A stretch of 55,693 nt of DNA from Mycobacteriales bacterium (GCA_036519715.1 DATDKW010000040.1:1-55693); one strand, 5' to 3'; numbered from the stretch's first letter, positions 37,002 through 47,148 are shown. A program made the numbers and translations. Notes: generated from the letters alone by a model not told the origin.

Positions 37002-38027
37002 GTGAACCTCGAGGAACGCAAGCTCGAGGTCCTGCGCGCCGTCATCGAGGACTACATCGCGACCGAGGAGCCGGTGGGTTCCAAGGCGCTGGCCGAGCGC
37101 CACCACCTCGGCGTGTCGCCCGCGACCATCCGCAACGACATGGCGCTGCTGGAGGAAGAGGGCTACATCGCCCAGCCCCACACCAGCGCCGGGCGGGTGC
37201 CGACCGACAAGGGATACCGGCTGTTCGTCGACCGGCTGGCCGCGCTCAAGCCGCTGTCCCCGGCCGAGCGCAAGGCGATCGCGAGCTTCCTCGAGGGCGC
37301 GGTCGACCTCGACGACGTGCTGCACCGGACCGTACGGTTGCTGGCCCAGCTGACCCGGCAGGTCGCGGTCGTGCAATATCCCTCGCTGGCCCGGTCGGCG
37401 GTGCGCCACCTGGAGGTGGTGCACCTGGCCGCGACCCGGCTGATGCTGGTGCTGATCACCGACACCGGGCGGGTCGAGCAGCGGGTGGTGGAGCTGCCGG
37501 TGCCGGTCAGCGACGGCCTGGTGGCCGACCTGCGCACGACGCTCAACTCGGCGCTGCGCGACCGCCGGCTGGCCGACGCCCCCGACATCGTCACCGCGCT
37601 GCCGGAGGAGACCGGCCCGGAGCTGCGCCCGCTGCTGACCACGATGACCACGGTCCTGCTGGAGACGCTGGTGGAGCGGCCGGAGGAGCGGGTCGTGCTC
37701 GGCGGCACGGCCAACCTGACCCGCAGCGCGCTGGACTTCCCGGGCACGATCCGGCCGGTGCTGGAGGCGCTGGAGGAGCAGGTCGTGCTGCTGCGGCTGA
37801 TCGGCGAGGTGCAGAGCCCGAGCCAGGTGCTGGTCCGGATCGGCGAGGAGAACCCGTTCGAGGGGCTGCGCTCGACCTCGGTCGTCTCCGTCGGCTACGG
37901 CGCCGGTGACCGCGCGCTGGGCGGCCTGGGCGTGCTCGGGCCGACCCGGATGGACTACGCGGGGTCGATGTCAGCCGTCGCCGCGGTCGCTCGCTACATC
38001 GGCCAGATCCTCGGCACCGGTTCCTGA
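37002..38027 (+). CDS. hrcA: Heat-inducible transcriptional repressor HrcA
   Basis: (M)[72 protein letters not shown] is the canonical HrcA wHTH. Confidence 0.96.
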   Translation: MNLEERKLEVLRAVIEDYIATEEPVGSKALAERHHLGVSPATIRNDMALLEEEGYIAQPHTSAGRVPTDKGYRLFVDRLAALKPLSPAERKAIASFLEGAVDLDDVLHRTVRLLAQLTRQVAVVQYPSLARSAVRHLEVVHLAATRLMLVLITDTGRVEQRVVELPVPVSDGLVADLRTTLNSALRDRRLADAPDIVTALPEETGPELRPLLTTMTTVLLETLVERPEERVVLGGTANLTRSALDFPGTIRPVLEALEEQVVLLRLIGEVQSPSQVLVRIGEENPFEGLRSTSVVSVGYGAGDRALGGLGVLGPTRMDYAGSMSAVAAVARYIGQILGTGS

Positions 38028-39242
38028 CCGCAGCCGCCGGTACGGGCCCCGGACGGCCGAGGGCCGGCCGAGGAGCGCCGCGGGCACCGGCGGCGGCATC
38101 GGGTCCGCGGTCTCCGGCCCGTCGGTGCGGGCCGACCCCGCGCCGGCGAGGCCCATGGCCAGGTCCACAGCGGCGCGGCCGGCCGCGGCCCGCCCGGCTG
38201 CGGACCGCCCGGCGACCCCTTCGGCGGCCAGCCGCTCGACCGTCAGCCGATCGGCGGCCAGCCGGGCGGCAGCGGCGCGGTCGGCAGCGGCGCGGTCGGC
38301 CCGGTCGGCCCGGTCGGCCCGGTCGGCCGCGGCCCGGTCCCGCTCCGACGGCCGGTCCAGCACGGGCACGAAGTCCGGCACCTCGATCCGCGGCTCGTGC
38401 AGGTCGGAGTAGCTGCGTACGACCACCAGCGACACCGCCAGCAGCCCGGCCGCCACCATCCCGTCCAGCCAGAAGTGGTTGGCGGTGCCGATCACCACCA
38501 GCGTGGTGATCACCGGGTGGGCGACCGCCAGCCAGCGCCACCGGATCCGCGTGGTGGCGATGATCCCGATCGCGACCATGATCGCCCAGCCGATGTGCAG
38601 CGACGGCATCGCCGCGTACTGGTCGGCCAGGCTGTTCTGGGCCGGCGGCCCGTAGACGGCCGGCCCGTAGACGTCGGCGGTGTCGACGAAGCCGAGCGGG
38701 CCGAGCATCCGTGGCGGCGCGACCGGGATGGCCAGGTGCACCAGCAGCCCGGAGGCGGTGGTCAGCGCGAGCGTGCGCCGCACCCACAGGTAGTCGGCCG
38801 GGCGGCGCAGGTAGAGCCAGATGAGGAAGGCGGCGGTGGCCGGGAAGTGCACGGCGACGTAGTAGACGTTGGCCGACTTGATGACCAGCGTGCTCTTGAG
38901 CAGCAGCGCCTGCACCGACAGCTCGTCCGGCAGCCGCAGGATCCGCTCCAGGTCCCAGACCACGTACGCGTTGTCGAAGGCGGTCCCGACGTGCTTGGCC
39001 GCCACGATCCGGCCCAGCTTGTACGCCCCGAACATGGCCGCGATGACGACGAGCTCCAGCAGCGCCCGGGGGCGCCGTCCCGGGACCGCGATCCGCCGCC
39101 ACCAGACCGGCGGGGCGTCGGCGGGCCCGGCACCGACCGGCTGGTCCACCAGCCGGCTGCCGTGTTCATCCCGACGACAAGTCACCACGGCACAACGTTC
39201 TCCGCGGCCCTGTGTGCCGGCAATGTGGCCCATGCCACACAT
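37971..39242 (-). CDS. PAP2-superfamily membrane protein (PAP2_C / IPC-synthase-like motifs) with a long low-complexity C-terminal tail
   Basis: [10 protein letters not shown] and [10 protein letters not shown] motifs with multiple TM segments. A ~150-aa Ala/Arg/Asp-rich tail places the 3' end 57 nt inside the convergent hrcA. ATG 39242 lies 2 nt after the marR TAA stop, and the start is uncertain. Confidence 0.72.
   Translation of the reverse strand: MCGMGHIAGTQGRGERCAVVTCRRDEHGSRLVDQPVGAGPADAPPVWWRRIAVPGRRPRALLELVVIAAMFGAYKLGRIVAAKHVGTAFDNAYVVWDLERILRLPDELSVQALLLKSTLVIKSANVYYVAVHFPATAAFLIWLYLRRPADYLWVRRTLALTTASGLLVHLAIPVAPPRMLGPLGFVDTADVYGPAVYGPPAQNSLADQYAAMPSLHIGWAIMVAIGIIATTRIRWRWLAVAHPVITTLVVIGTANHFWLDGMVAAGLLAVSLVVVRSYSDLHEPRIEVPDFVPVLDRPSERDRAAADRADRADRADRAAADRAAAARLAADRLTVERLAAEGVAGRSAAGRAAAGRAAVDLAMGLAGAGSARTDGPETADPMPPPVPAALLGRPSAVRGPYRRLRSGTGAEDLADVASDRGDG
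38268..38340 (-). repeat. In-frame coding microsatellites (15 nt x2, then 9 nt x3-4)
   Basis: GGCAGCGGCGCGGTC x2 (38268-38297), then GGCCCGGTC x3 plus a degenerate copy. These encode [19 protein letters not shown] in the PAP2 tail. Confidence 0.85.
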
Positions 39243-39244
39243 TT

Positions 39245-39715
39245 TTAGCAGGGACGCGCCACCCGATTTGGGTCCAACCCGTCCAGGACGGTGGCGCAGA
39301 TGTCACCGAGCGCACGGACCTGGTCCTGGGTGAGCCGGTCGAAGAGGTGTTCGCGGACCGCGGTGACGTGCCCGGGGGCGGTCTCGGTCAGCATCTGCCA
39401 GCCGGAGTCGGTGAGCACGGCTACGGTGCCGCGGCCGTCCTGGGGTGCCGGCTCGCGCCGGACCCAGCCCCGCGCCTCCAGCCGGGCGACCGCGTGCGAG
39501 AGCCGGCTGGGGGAGGAGTTGGCCCGGACGGCCAGGTCGCTCATCCGCAGCGACCGGTCCGGGGCCTCGGACAGCATCGCCAGCACGATGTAGGAGGCGT
39601 GGGTGATCCCCGCGTCGCGCTGCAGCTGCCGGTCCAGCGCCGCGTACAGCAGCTCCGAGGTGGCCAGGAAGCTCCGCCACGTCCGCTGCTCGTCCTCGTC
39701 CAGCCAGCGGGTCAC
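39245..39715 (-). CDS. MarR family transcriptional regulator
   Basis: ASYIVLAMLSEAPDRSLRMSDLAVRANSSPSRLSHAVARLEARGWVRREPAPQDGRGTVAVLT is the wHTH. It has a rare TAA stop and lies immediately upstream of the PAP2 gene. Confidence 0.9.
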   Translation of the reverse strand: MTRWLDEDEQRTWRSFLATSELLYAALDRQLQRDAGITHASYIVLAMLSEAPDRSLRMSDLAVRANSSPSRLSHAVARLEARGWVRREPAPQDGRGTVAVLTDSGWQMLTETAPGHVTAVREHLFDRLTQDQVRALGDICATVLDGLDPNRVARPC

Positions 39716-39724
39716 CGGCCCTCC

Positions 39725-39744
39725 TTACTTGAAGGCTCAACTAA
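39725..39744. promoter_or_regulatory. Imperfect inverted repeat, candidate MarR operator
   Basis: TTACTTGA-AGGC-TCAACTAA (7 of 8 arm positions complementary) in the 69-nt divergent spacer between marR and the VOC gene. Confidence 0.35.
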
Positions 39745-39784
39745 CCGAGCGTATCGTCGACGGTACCGAACCCAGGAGATCCAG

Positions 39785-40300
39785 GTGCCCGTTCAGCGAC
39801 TCAACCATGCCGTCCTCTACGTCCGTGACGTGCCGCGCAGCGTGCGGTTCTACTCCGACGTGCTCGGGTTCCGGCAGGTGATGGGCGGCCCGACGGCGGC
39901 CTTCCTGCAGGCCGAGGGCAGCACCAACGACCACGACCTCGGCCTGTTCCAGATCGGGCCGGACGCGGCCGACTCGCCCGCCGGCACCACCGCAGTCGGG
40001 CTCTACCACCTCGCCTGGGAGGTCGACACCCTGGACGAGCTGGAGCGCATCGCCGATGCGCTGGCCCGGCACGGCGCGCTGGCCGGCGCGTCCGACCACT
40101 CCACCACCAAGGCGCTGTACGCCAAGGACCCCGACGGGCTGGAGTTCGAGGTGTCCTGGCTGGTGCCGGCCGACCTGATCACCGACGACGTGCTGGCCGG
40201 CCGGACGACCGTGCGGCAGCTCGACCTGGCCCGGGAGAAGGCCCGGTACGGCGGGAGCACCCGCGGCGGCGTCGGCGTGTCGGTGGCCACCGCGCGCTGA
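39785..40300 (+). CDS. VOC (glyoxalase/bleomycin resistance/dioxygenase) family protein
   Basis: LNHAVLYVRDVPRSVRFYSDVLGF...LYHLAWEV...KALYAKDPDGLEFEV. GTG 39785 is preceded by AGGAG. Confidence 0.85.
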   Translation: MPVQRLNHAVLYVRDVPRSVRFYSDVLGFRQVMGGPTAAFLQAEGSTNDHDLGLFQIGPDAADSPAGTTAVGLYHLAWEVDTLDELERIADALARHGALAGASDHSTTKALYAKDPDGLEFEVSWLVPADLITDDVLAGRTTVRQLDLAREKARYGGSTRGGVGVSVATAR

Positions 40301-40316
40301 CCGTACGGCCAGTAGA

Positions 40317-40343
40317 CTGGCAGTCCGAGGCATCGAGTGCCAG
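40317..40343. promoter_or_regulatory. Second CIRCE-like operator, directly upstream of dnaJ
   Basis: CTGGCAGTC-CGAGGCATC-GAGTGCCAG has the same 9-N9-9 architecture and the same outer arms (CTGGCA...TGCCAG) as the hrcA CIRCE, with one arm mismatch. It ends 14 nt before GTG 40358. Confidence 0.72.
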
Positions 40344-40357
40344 GAAGCTGGGGTTCA

Positions 40358-41491
40358 GTGGCGACCGACTACTACGGCGTGCTGGGTGTGCGCCGGGACG
40401 CGACGGGCGACGAGATCAAGCGGGCCTACCGCAAGCTCGCCCGCGAGCTGCACCCGGACGTCAACCCGGACCCGGAGGCGCAGGACCGCTTCAAGCAGGC
40501 GACCACCGCGTACGAGGTCCTCTCCGATCCGGAGAAGCGCGAGATCGTCGATCTCGGCGGCGACCCGCTGTCGCAGAACGGCGTCGGCGGCGGCAGCCCG
40601 TTCGGGGCCGGTGGGTTCGGTGGGCTCGGCGACATCATGGACGCGTTCTTCGGCGCGTCCACCGCCCGCGGCCCGCGCAGCCGGGTCCGGCAGGGCTCCG
40701 ACGCGCTGATCCGGCTGGACCTGGAGCTGGCCGAGACCGCGTTCGGGGTGTCCCGCGACCTCACCGTGGACACCGCGATCGTCTGCACGACCTGCTCCGG
40801 CGCCGGCACCGCGCCCGGCACCCACCCGGCCACCTGCGACACCTGCGGCGGGCGGGGCGAGGTGCAGAGCGTGCAGCGGTCCTTCCTGGGCCAGGTCATG
40901 ACCAGCCGGGCGTGCCCGACCTGCGCCGGCACCGGCGTCGTCATCCCGTCGCCGTGCGCGAGCTGCGGCGGCGACGGTCGGGTCCGGGCCCGGCGGACGG
41001 TCGGGGTCAAGGTCCCGGCCGGCGTCGAGGACGGCATGCGGATCCGGCTGTCCGGCCAGGGCGAGGTCGGCCCCGGCGGCGGCCCGGCCGGCGACCTGTA
41101 CGTGGAGATCCACGAGCTGCCGCACGACATCTTCACCCGCGAGGGCGACGACCTGCACTGCCGGGTCCAGCTGCCGATGACCGCGGCCGCGCTCGGCACC
41201 ACCCTGACCCTGACCACGCTGGACGGCGACGAGCAGATCGAGATCCGGCCCGGCACCCAGCCCGACACCAAGACGACCCTGCGGGCCCGCGGCGTGCCGC
41301 ACCTGCGCGGCGTCGGGCGGGGTGACCTGCACGTGCACGTTCAGGTGGTGACGCCGACCCGGCTGGACGACGAGCAGGAGGAGCTGCTGCGCCGGCTGGC
41401 GTCGCTGCGGGGCGAGGATCTGCCAGTCTCGACCCGCGGCCACGGCGGCGGCCTGTTCTCCAAGATGCGGGACGCGTTCAACGGGCGATGA
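40358..41491 (+). CDS. dnaJ: Molecular chaperone DnaJ (hrcA-linked DnaJ2 type)
   Basis: J domain [34 protein letters not shown], a G/F region, and four CxxCxGxG zinc-finger motifs. Confidence 0.96.
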   Translation: MATDYYGVLGVRRDATGDEIKRAYRKLARELHPDVNPDPEAQDRFKQATTAYEVLSDPEKREIVDLGGDPLSQNGVGGGSPFGAGGFGGLGDIMDAFFGASTARGPRSRVRQGSDALIRLDLELAETAFGVSRDLTVDTAIVCTTCSGAGTAPGTHPATCDTCGGRGEVQSVQRSFLGQVMTSRACPTCAGTGVVIPSPCASCGGDGRVRARRTVGVKVPAGVEDGMRIRLSGQGEVGPGGGPAGDLYVEIHELPHDIFTREGDDLHCRVQLPMTAAALGTTLTLTTLDGDEQIEIRPGTQPDTKTTLRARGVPHLRGVGRGDLHVHVQVVTPTRLDDEQEELLRRLASLRGEDLPVSTRGHGGGLFSKMRDAFNGR

Positions 41492-41507
41492 GAGCGAAGC
41501 GGGCACA

Positions 41508-42242
41508 GTGAGCACGCCGCCGGTCTTCCTGGTCGACGCATTGCCCGCGGGGCCGGAGGCGGTGCTGGACGGGGCCGAGGGGCACCACGCGGCGACGGTG
41601 CGGCGGCTCGGGCCCGGTGAGGCGCTGACCCTGGCCGACGGGGCCGGCGGGGCGGCCGACTGCGTGGTCACCGGCTCGGTGCCGGGCGGCCTGCGCCTGG
41701 CCGTGACGGCGGTGCGGCGGCTTGACCCGCCCAGCCCGCGGTTCGTGCTGGTCCAGGCGCTGGCCAAGGGCGACCGGGGCGAGCTGGCGGTGGAGCTGGC
41801 GGTCGAGCTGGGCGTCGACCTGATCGTGCCGTGGTCGGCGGCCCGGTCGGTGACCCGCTGGGACGGCCCCCGCGGGCAGCGGTCCCGGGAACGCTGGCGG
41901 TCGGCGGCCCGGGCGGCGGCCAAGCAGTCCCGCCGGGCCTGGCTGCCGGACGTGGACGAGCTCGCGTCGACCCGGACCGTGGCCGGGTTGATCGCCGCCG
42001 CGGCCGGGGCGCTGGTGCTGCACGAGGCGGCGACGACCGCGCTGGCGTCGGTGCCGCTGCCGGCGGGCGGCGACCTGGTCCTGGTCGTCGGGCCCGAGGG
42101 CGGGCTGGACGACACCGAGCTGGCCGCGTTCACCGAGGCCGGGGCGACGCCGGTCCGGCTGGGCACCCCGGTGCTGCGCACCTCCACCGCCGGCGCCGCC
42201 GCCCTGGCCGCGCTGTCGCTGCGTACCGGGCGCTGGAGTTAG
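41508..42242 (+). CDS. rsmE: 16S rRNA (uracil1498-N3)-methyltransferase
   Basis: Positioned after dnaJ, with FLVD...GAEGHHAATVRRL and C-terminal LVVGPEGGL...LGTPVLRTSTAG motifs. Confidence 0.9.
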   Translation: MSTPPVFLVDALPAGPEAVLDGAEGHHAATVRRLGPGEALTLADGAGGAADCVVTGSVPGGLRLAVTAVRRLDPPSPRFVLVQALAKGDRGELAVELAVELGVDLIVPWSAARSVTRWDGPRGQRSRERWRSAARAAAKQSRRAWLPDVDELASTRTVAGLIAAAAGALVLHEAATTALASVPLPAGGDLVLVVGPEGGLDDTELAAFTEAGATPVRLGTPVLRTSTAGAAALAALSLRTGRWS

Positions 42243-42253
42243 CGGTGCTGGAG

Positions 42254-43108
42254 TCAGCCCAGCGGGCGGGCGGCGAACGACAGCGACAGGTCCGGGCCGG
42301 CGGCCCAGGCCGCCGCGGTCACGTCCCGGGACCCGGGCGGCAGCCGGAACGGGGCGATCCACCCGGAGCCGACCTCGGTGACGGTCGCGTCGGCCAGCTC
42401 CAGCGTCGTGCCGCTGCCGGCCGCGCGCAGCCGCACCTCGGCCACCGACGAGCCGGTGGTCGTGCCGTGCAGGTTGAACCCGCCGCTGGCCGGCGGCCGC
42501 TGGGCCTCGATGCTGATCCGGTCCGACTCCGCGTCCACCACCACGTACGGGGCGTCGTCGCCGACCCGGACCCGGACCAGGTAGACCCGGGTCATCGGCT
42601 TGCCGTCGAAGTAGACCTGCATCCGCAGCCCGGCCCGGTACGCGCCCAGTGACCGGGCCCTGATGCTGTCGTCCGGCAAGTACGACCGGACGAACCGGAC
42701 CGCGACCTGGTCCGGCCGGGTCAGGTCCCCGTACGTGCCCGCGGCCTGGTCGGCGGGCGCCTCCCGGAAGCCCTCGGCCCGGGACCCGTACGGCCAGACC
42801 GTGCGCAGGTCGTTGACGCCGGCCCCGGGGATCGGGGTCGGTCCGGGCGCCGGGGCGGCGGCCGGCTGCCGGGCCGGTGCCGGCTCCAGGGCCGGCAGCA
42901 GCGACGGGGCCGCGAGCAGGGCGGCGACCGCGGCGGCGGCCGCGGCCAGAGCCAGCGCCGGTGCCCGCCAGCCCAACCGGCCCGACCGGACCCGCCGGGC
43001 CGTGCGGGCCCGGATCGGGCCCAGCCCGTCGCCCGGCTCGACCCGGGCCGCCTCGGCCGCCAGCGCGCGGCGCAGCAGGTCGTCGAGGTCGCTGTGGTCG
43101 CCGGTCAC
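42254..43108 (-). CDS. Putative anti-sigma factor / membrane protein coupled to the ECF sigma
   Basis: GTG 43108 overlaps the sigma stop (GTGA). It has a short cytoplasmic N-terminus, one TM (LALAAAAAAVAALLAAPSLL) and a ~200-aa extracytoplasmic domain with no motif I recognise. Confidence 0.6.
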   Translation of the reverse strand: MTGDHSDLDDLLRRALAAEAARVEPGDGLGPIRARTARRVRSGRLGWRAPALALAAAAAAVAALLAAPSLLPALEPAPARQPAAAPAPGPTPIPGAGVNDLRTVWPYGSRAEGFREAPADQAAGTYGDLTRPDQVAVRFVRSYLPDDSIRARSLGAYRAGLRMQVYFDGKPMTRVYLVRVRVGDDAPYVVVDAESDRISIEAQRPPASGGFNLHGTTTGSSVAEVRLRAAGSGTTLELADATVTEVGSGWIAPFRLPPGSRDVTAAAWAAGPDLSLSFAARPLG

Positions 43109-43626
43109 GCGCCCACCGCCAACGCCGCCCGCAACGCCGCCATCCCCCGCGACGCGTGGCTCTTCACCGCGCCCGGGCTGATTCCCATGGCCTCCGCGAT
43201 CTGGGCCTCGGACAGGTCGCCGTAGTAGCGCAGCACCAGGCACTCCCGCTGCCGGCCGGGCAGCGTCCGCAGCGCCGCGACCACCCGGTGCTGCTCCAGC
43301 CGGTCCAGCGCACCCTGCTCGGCCGAGGGCACGTCGTCCGGCGCCGCCGGCGGGTGCCGCTGGACGACCTGCCGGTGCCGCAGCCGGGACCGGGCCAGGT
43401 TGACCACGGTCGTGCGCAGGTAGCCGACCGCGGCCTGCGGGTCCCGGATCCGCCGCCAGGAGCCGTGCATCCGCACGTACGCGTCCTGCACGACCTCCTC
43501 GGCCGCGCCCACGTCGTCCAGCAGCAGGGCGGCCAGCCGGACCAGGCTGCGGTAGTGGGCGACGTACAGCGCGGTGACGGCATCGTCCGCGTCGAGCGGA
43601 CGTGCCTCCCGGCTCACGAGCGGCAC
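43105..43626 (-). CDS. ECF-type RNA polymerase sigma-70 family factor
   Basis: Region 2: YVAHYRSLVRLAALLLDDVGAAEEVVQDAYVRM. Region 4: ECLVLRYYGDLSEAQIAEAMGISPGAVKSHASRGMAALR. The start is GTG 43626 or 43617. Confidence 0.9.
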   Translation of the reverse strand: MPLVSREARPLDADDAVTALYVAHYRSLVRLAALLLDDVGAAEEVVQDAYVRMHGSWRRIRDPQAAVGYLRTTVVNLARSRLRHRQVVQRHPPAAPDDVPSAEQGALDRLEQHRVVAALRTLPGRQRECLVLRYYGDLSEAQIAEAMGISPGAVKSHASRGMAALRAALAVGA

Positions 43627-43728
43627 CGTAGCGAGGTCGGGCCCGATCCCGACACGCCCGGACGCGAGAGTCGTCACGCAGTCAGGACGCTCGAGGGGCC
43701 CGGACGGTTTACCCGTACGATCCCGGCC

Positions 43729-44073
43729 GTGGCCGACTGCCTCTTCTGCGCCATCGTCGCCGGGGACATCCGCGCGACCGTGGTCCGCGACGACGCCCTC
43801 ACGCTGGCCTTCCGGGACCTGAACCCGCAGGCCCCGACGCACGTCCTCGTGATCACCAAGGCCCACCACGCCGACGTCGGCGCGCTGGCCGCGGCCGACC
43901 CGGAGGCGCTGACCGCGCTGCACCGGACCGCCGCCGCGGTGGCCGGGGACGATGGCGTGGCCGGCTCCGGCTGGCGGCTGGTGTTCAACACCGGGCCGGA
44001 CGCGGGGCAGAGCGTGCCGCACGTGCATGGCCACGTGCTCGGGGGCAGGCATCTGGAGTGGCCGCCCGGGTAG
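43729..44073 (+). CDS. Histidine triad (HIT) family protein
   Basis: CLFCAIVAG N-terminus and the HVHGHVLGG histidine triad. Confidence 0.9.
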   Translation: MADCLFCAIVAGDIRATVVRDDALTLAFRDLNPQAPTHVLVITKAHHADVGALAAADPEALTALHRTAAAVAGDDGVAGSGWRLVFNTGPDAGQSVPHVHGHVLGGRHLEWPPG

Positions 44074-44122
44074 ACTGGAGAGGTCGTATCGCCGTCCGAA
44101 GGAAGCAGGGCCGCCCCGACCC

Positions 44123-45157
44123 GTGCCCACCACACCGACCCGAGAAGGCGCCACTCAGACCAAGATCGTGGTCCCCGGCTCGCAGGCCATGGTCAGCCTG
44201 CTCGGCTCGCGCGACGAGCTGCTGCGGATCATCGAAGAGGCGCTCGCCAGCGACATCCACGTTCGCGGCAACGAGATCACGATCACCGGCGAGCAGGCGG
44301 ACAACGCGCTCGCGGTCCGCCTGTTCGAGGAGCTGCTCGAGCTGGTCGCCGCCGGTCAGACGCTGACCGCCGACTCGGTCACGCACGCGCTCGGCATCCT
44401 GCGCGCGGGCGAGGCCGAGCGGCCGGCCGAGGTCCTCAACCTCAACATCCTGTCCCGGCGCGGCCGGACGATCCGCCCCAAGACGCTGAACCAGAAGCGC
44501 TACGTGGACGCGATCGACCGGCACACGATCGTGTTCGGGATCGGCCCGGCCGGCACCGGCAAGACCTACCTGGCCGTGGCCAAGGCCGTCCAGGCGCTGC
44601 AGTCCAAGCAGGTCAACCGCATCATCCTGACCCGGCCGGCGGTCGAGGCGGGGGAGCGGCTGGGTTACCTGCCGGGCACGCTGCTGGACAAGATCGACCC
44701 CTACCTGCGGCCGCTGTTCGACGCGCTGCACGACATGGTCGACCCGGAGTCGATCCCGCGGCTGACCCAGGGCGGGACGATCGAGATCGCGCCGCTGGCG
44801 TACATGCGCGGGCGGACCCTCAACGACGCCTTCATCATCCTGGACGAGGCCCAGAACACCACGCCCGAGCAGATGAAGATGTTCCTGACCCGGCTCGGCT
44901 TCGGCTCCAAGATCGTGGTCACCGGCGACGTGACCCAGGTCGACCTGCCGTCCGGGCAGCGCAGCGGGCTGCGGGTGGTGCGGGACATCCTCGACGGTGT
45001 CGAGGACGTCCACTTCGCGGAGCTGACCAGCACCGACGTGGTCCGGCACCGGCTCGTGGGCGACATCGTCGACGCGTACGCGCGGTTCGACGCCCAGGTC
45101 GTGCAGGCCTCCACCCCCCGCTCGGCCACCGACCGCAGCCGCGGCGGCCGCCGATGA
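44123..45157 (+). CDS. phoH: PhoH-like ATPase
   Basis: Walker [13 protein letters not shown], and [31 protein letters not shown]. The start is uncertain (GTG 44123 or ATG 44189). Confidence 0.92.
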   Translation: MPTTPTREGATQTKIVVPGSQAMVSLLGSRDELLRIIEEALASDIHVRGNEITITGEQADNALAVRLFEELLELVAAGQTLTADSVTHALGILRAGEAERPAEVLNLNILSRRGRTIRPKTLNQKRYVDAIDRHTIVFGIGPAGTGKTYLAVAKAVQALQSKQVNRIILTRPAVEAGERLGYLPGTLLDKIDPYLRPLFDALHDMVDPESIPRLTQGGTIEIAPLAYMRGRTLNDAFIILDEAQNTTPEQMKMFLTRLGFGSKIVVTGDVTQVDLPSGQRSGLRVVRDILDGVEDVHFAELTSTDVVRHRLVGDIVDAYARFDAQVVQASTPRSATDRSRGGRR

Positions 45158-45245
45158 GCTCGCGCGAGGGCTCGCAGCGCGAGCGGGGAGTGACGAGGGC
45201 CGGCCGTCCGGCGCTTGCGCCTGACGGCCTGTCCGAGGAGCGGGC

Positions 45246-45713
45246 ATGAGCATCGAGATTGCCAACGAGTCCGGGGTGGAGGTCGACGAGTCGGCCTTGT
45301 CGGCGGTGGCGCGGCATGCGCTGGACCGGCTCGGGGTCAGCCCGCTGGCCGAGCTGTCGGTGATCGTGGTCGACCAGGCCACCATGTCCGCGCTGCACGA
45401 GCGCTGGATGGGCGAGCCCGGCCCGACCGACGTGCTCGCGTTCCCCATGGACGAGCTCGACACCGCCCGCAGCCCGGACGAGCAGGAGCCCGGCCCGACC
45501 CTGCTCGGCGACGTCGTGCTCTGCCCGGAGTACGCGCGGCGCGGCGCCCGGTCCGCCGGCCACTCGCTGGCGGCCGAGCTGGAGCTGCTCACCACCCACG
45601 GCGTGCTGCACCTGCTCGGCTACGACCACGCCGAGCCGGAGGAGGAGCGGGAGATGTTCGCCCTGCAGGCCTCGCTGCTCGAGTCGTGGCGGGCGGGCGC
45701 GCAGGCCCGATGA
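45246..45713 (+). CDS. ybeY: Endoribonuclease YbeY
   Basis: [11 protein letters not shown] zinc-binding motif, positioned after phoH. Confidence 0.95.
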   Translation: MSIEIANESGVEVDESALSAVARHALDRLGVSPLAELSVIVVDQATMSALHERWMGEPGPTDVLAFPMDELDTARSPDEQEPGPTLLGDVVLCPEYARRGARSAGHSLAAELELLTTHGVLHLLGYDHAEPEEEREMFALQASLLESWRAGAQAR

Positions 45714-45801
45714 GCGAGCCCGAGGGCCCACAGGGCGAGCGGGGAACGACCAGGGCTGAGCCGGCCGAGGGACGAGGCCGGGTCCGTCCGAGGAGTGGGA
45801 G

Positions 45802-47148
45802 ATGAACGGGACGGACGTCGTCCTCGTCGTCTTCGCGGCTCTCCTGGTCCCGCTCGCGGGCGGGCTGGCCGCGGTCGAGGCGGCGCTGCTGCGGGTGTCG
45901 GCGGCCCGGGTCGAGGAGATGGAGCGCAGCGGCGACCGCAAGGCCGGCCGGCTGCTCATCGTCATCGCCGACCTGCCCCGGCACACCAACCTGCTGCTGC
46001 TGCTCCGGATGGCCTGCGAGCTGCTGGCGACGGTGCTGGTGGCCCGGGCGGTGATCAGCTGGCTGGGCTCGACCTGGTCCGCGGTCGCGTTCACGGTCGC
46101 GGTGATGGTCGTCGTCTCGTACGTGCTGGTCGGGGTGGGGCCGCGGACCCTGGGCCGGCAGCATCCCTACAGCCTCGCGCTGTCCACCGCCGGGCTGGTG
46201 CACGGGCTGGCCCGGGTGCTGGGCCCGCTGGCCTCGCTGCTGATCCTCATCGGCAACGCGATCACCCCGGGCCGCGGCTTCCGGGAGGGGCCGTTCGCGA
46301 CCGAGGTCGAGCTGCGCGAACTGGTAGACCTGGCCGAGCAGCGCGGCGTGGTCGAGCACGGCGAGCGCAACATGATCCACTCCGTGTTCGAGCTCGGCGA
46401 CACCATCGCCCGCGAGGTGATGGTGCCGCGGACCGAGGTGGTGTGGATCGAGCGCGGCAAGTCGGTCCGGCAGGCGCTGGCGCTGGCCCTGCGGTCGGGC
46501 TTCTCCCGGATCCCGGTCGTCGGCGACAACGTGGACGACATCGTCGGCATCGTCTACCTCAAGGACCTGGCCGCCCGGGCCCAGGACCCGCAGGCCCGGG
46601 CGACCAAGGTCGAGGACCTGATGCGGACGCCGGCGTTCGTGCCCGAGTCCAAGCCGGTGGACGAGCTGCTGCGGGAGATGCAGGCCCGGCGCACGCACAT
46701 GGCCGTGGTCATCGACGAGTACGGCGGCACGGCCGGGGTGCTCACCATCGAGGACATCCTGGAGGAGATCGTCGGGGAGATCGCCGACGAGTACGACACC
46801 GAGCGCGAGCCGGTGGAGTGGATCGACCCCGACACGGCCCGGCTGACCGCGCGGATGGCGGTGGAGGACCTCGGCGAGCTGTTCGGCACGCCGGTGCCGG
46901 ACGCCGGCGACGTGGAGACGGTCGGCGGGCTGCTGGCCCGGGAGCTGGGCCGGGTGCCGATCCCGGGCGCGACGGTGTCCTTCGACGGCCTGCGGCTGAC
47001 CGCGGAGACGACCGGCGGGCGGCGCAACCGCATCGACACCGTCCTGGTGCACCGGGAGCCGCCGCCGGAGCCCGACCCGGAGCCGGAGCCCGACGGGCGC
47101 CGCGCCGGCCGCGGCCGCCAGCCCGTCGACCAGTCCGCGGACAACTAG
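45802..47148 (+). CDS. Hemolysin-family / CNNM-type protein (DUF21, CBS pair, CorC_HlyC)
   Basis: N-terminal TM DUF21 region, CBS pair (VMVPRTEVVWIE...IPVVGDNVDDIVGIVYLKDL), and MAVVIDEYGGTAGVLTIEDILEEIVGEI. Confidence 0.9.
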   Translation: MNGTDVVLVVFAALLVPLAGGLAAVEAALLRVSAARVEEMERSGDRKAGRLLIVIADLPRHTNLLLLLRMACELLATVLVARAVISWLGSTWSAVAFTVAVMVVVSYVLVGVGPRTLGRQHPYSLALSTAGLVHGLARVLGPLASLLILIGNAITPGRGFREGPFATEVELRELVDLAEQRGVVEHGERNMIHSVFELGDTIAREVMVPRTEVVWIERGKSVRQALALALRSGFSRIPVVGDNVDDIVGIVYLKDLAARAQDPQARATKVEDLMRTPAFVPESKPVDELLREMQARRTHMAVVIDEYGGTAGVLTIEDILEEIVGEIADEYDTEREPVEWIDPDTARLTARMAVEDLGELFGTPVPDAGDVETVGGLLARELGRVPIPGATVSFDGLRLTAETTGGRRNRIDTVLVHREPPPEPDPEPEPDGRRAGRGRQPVDQSADN

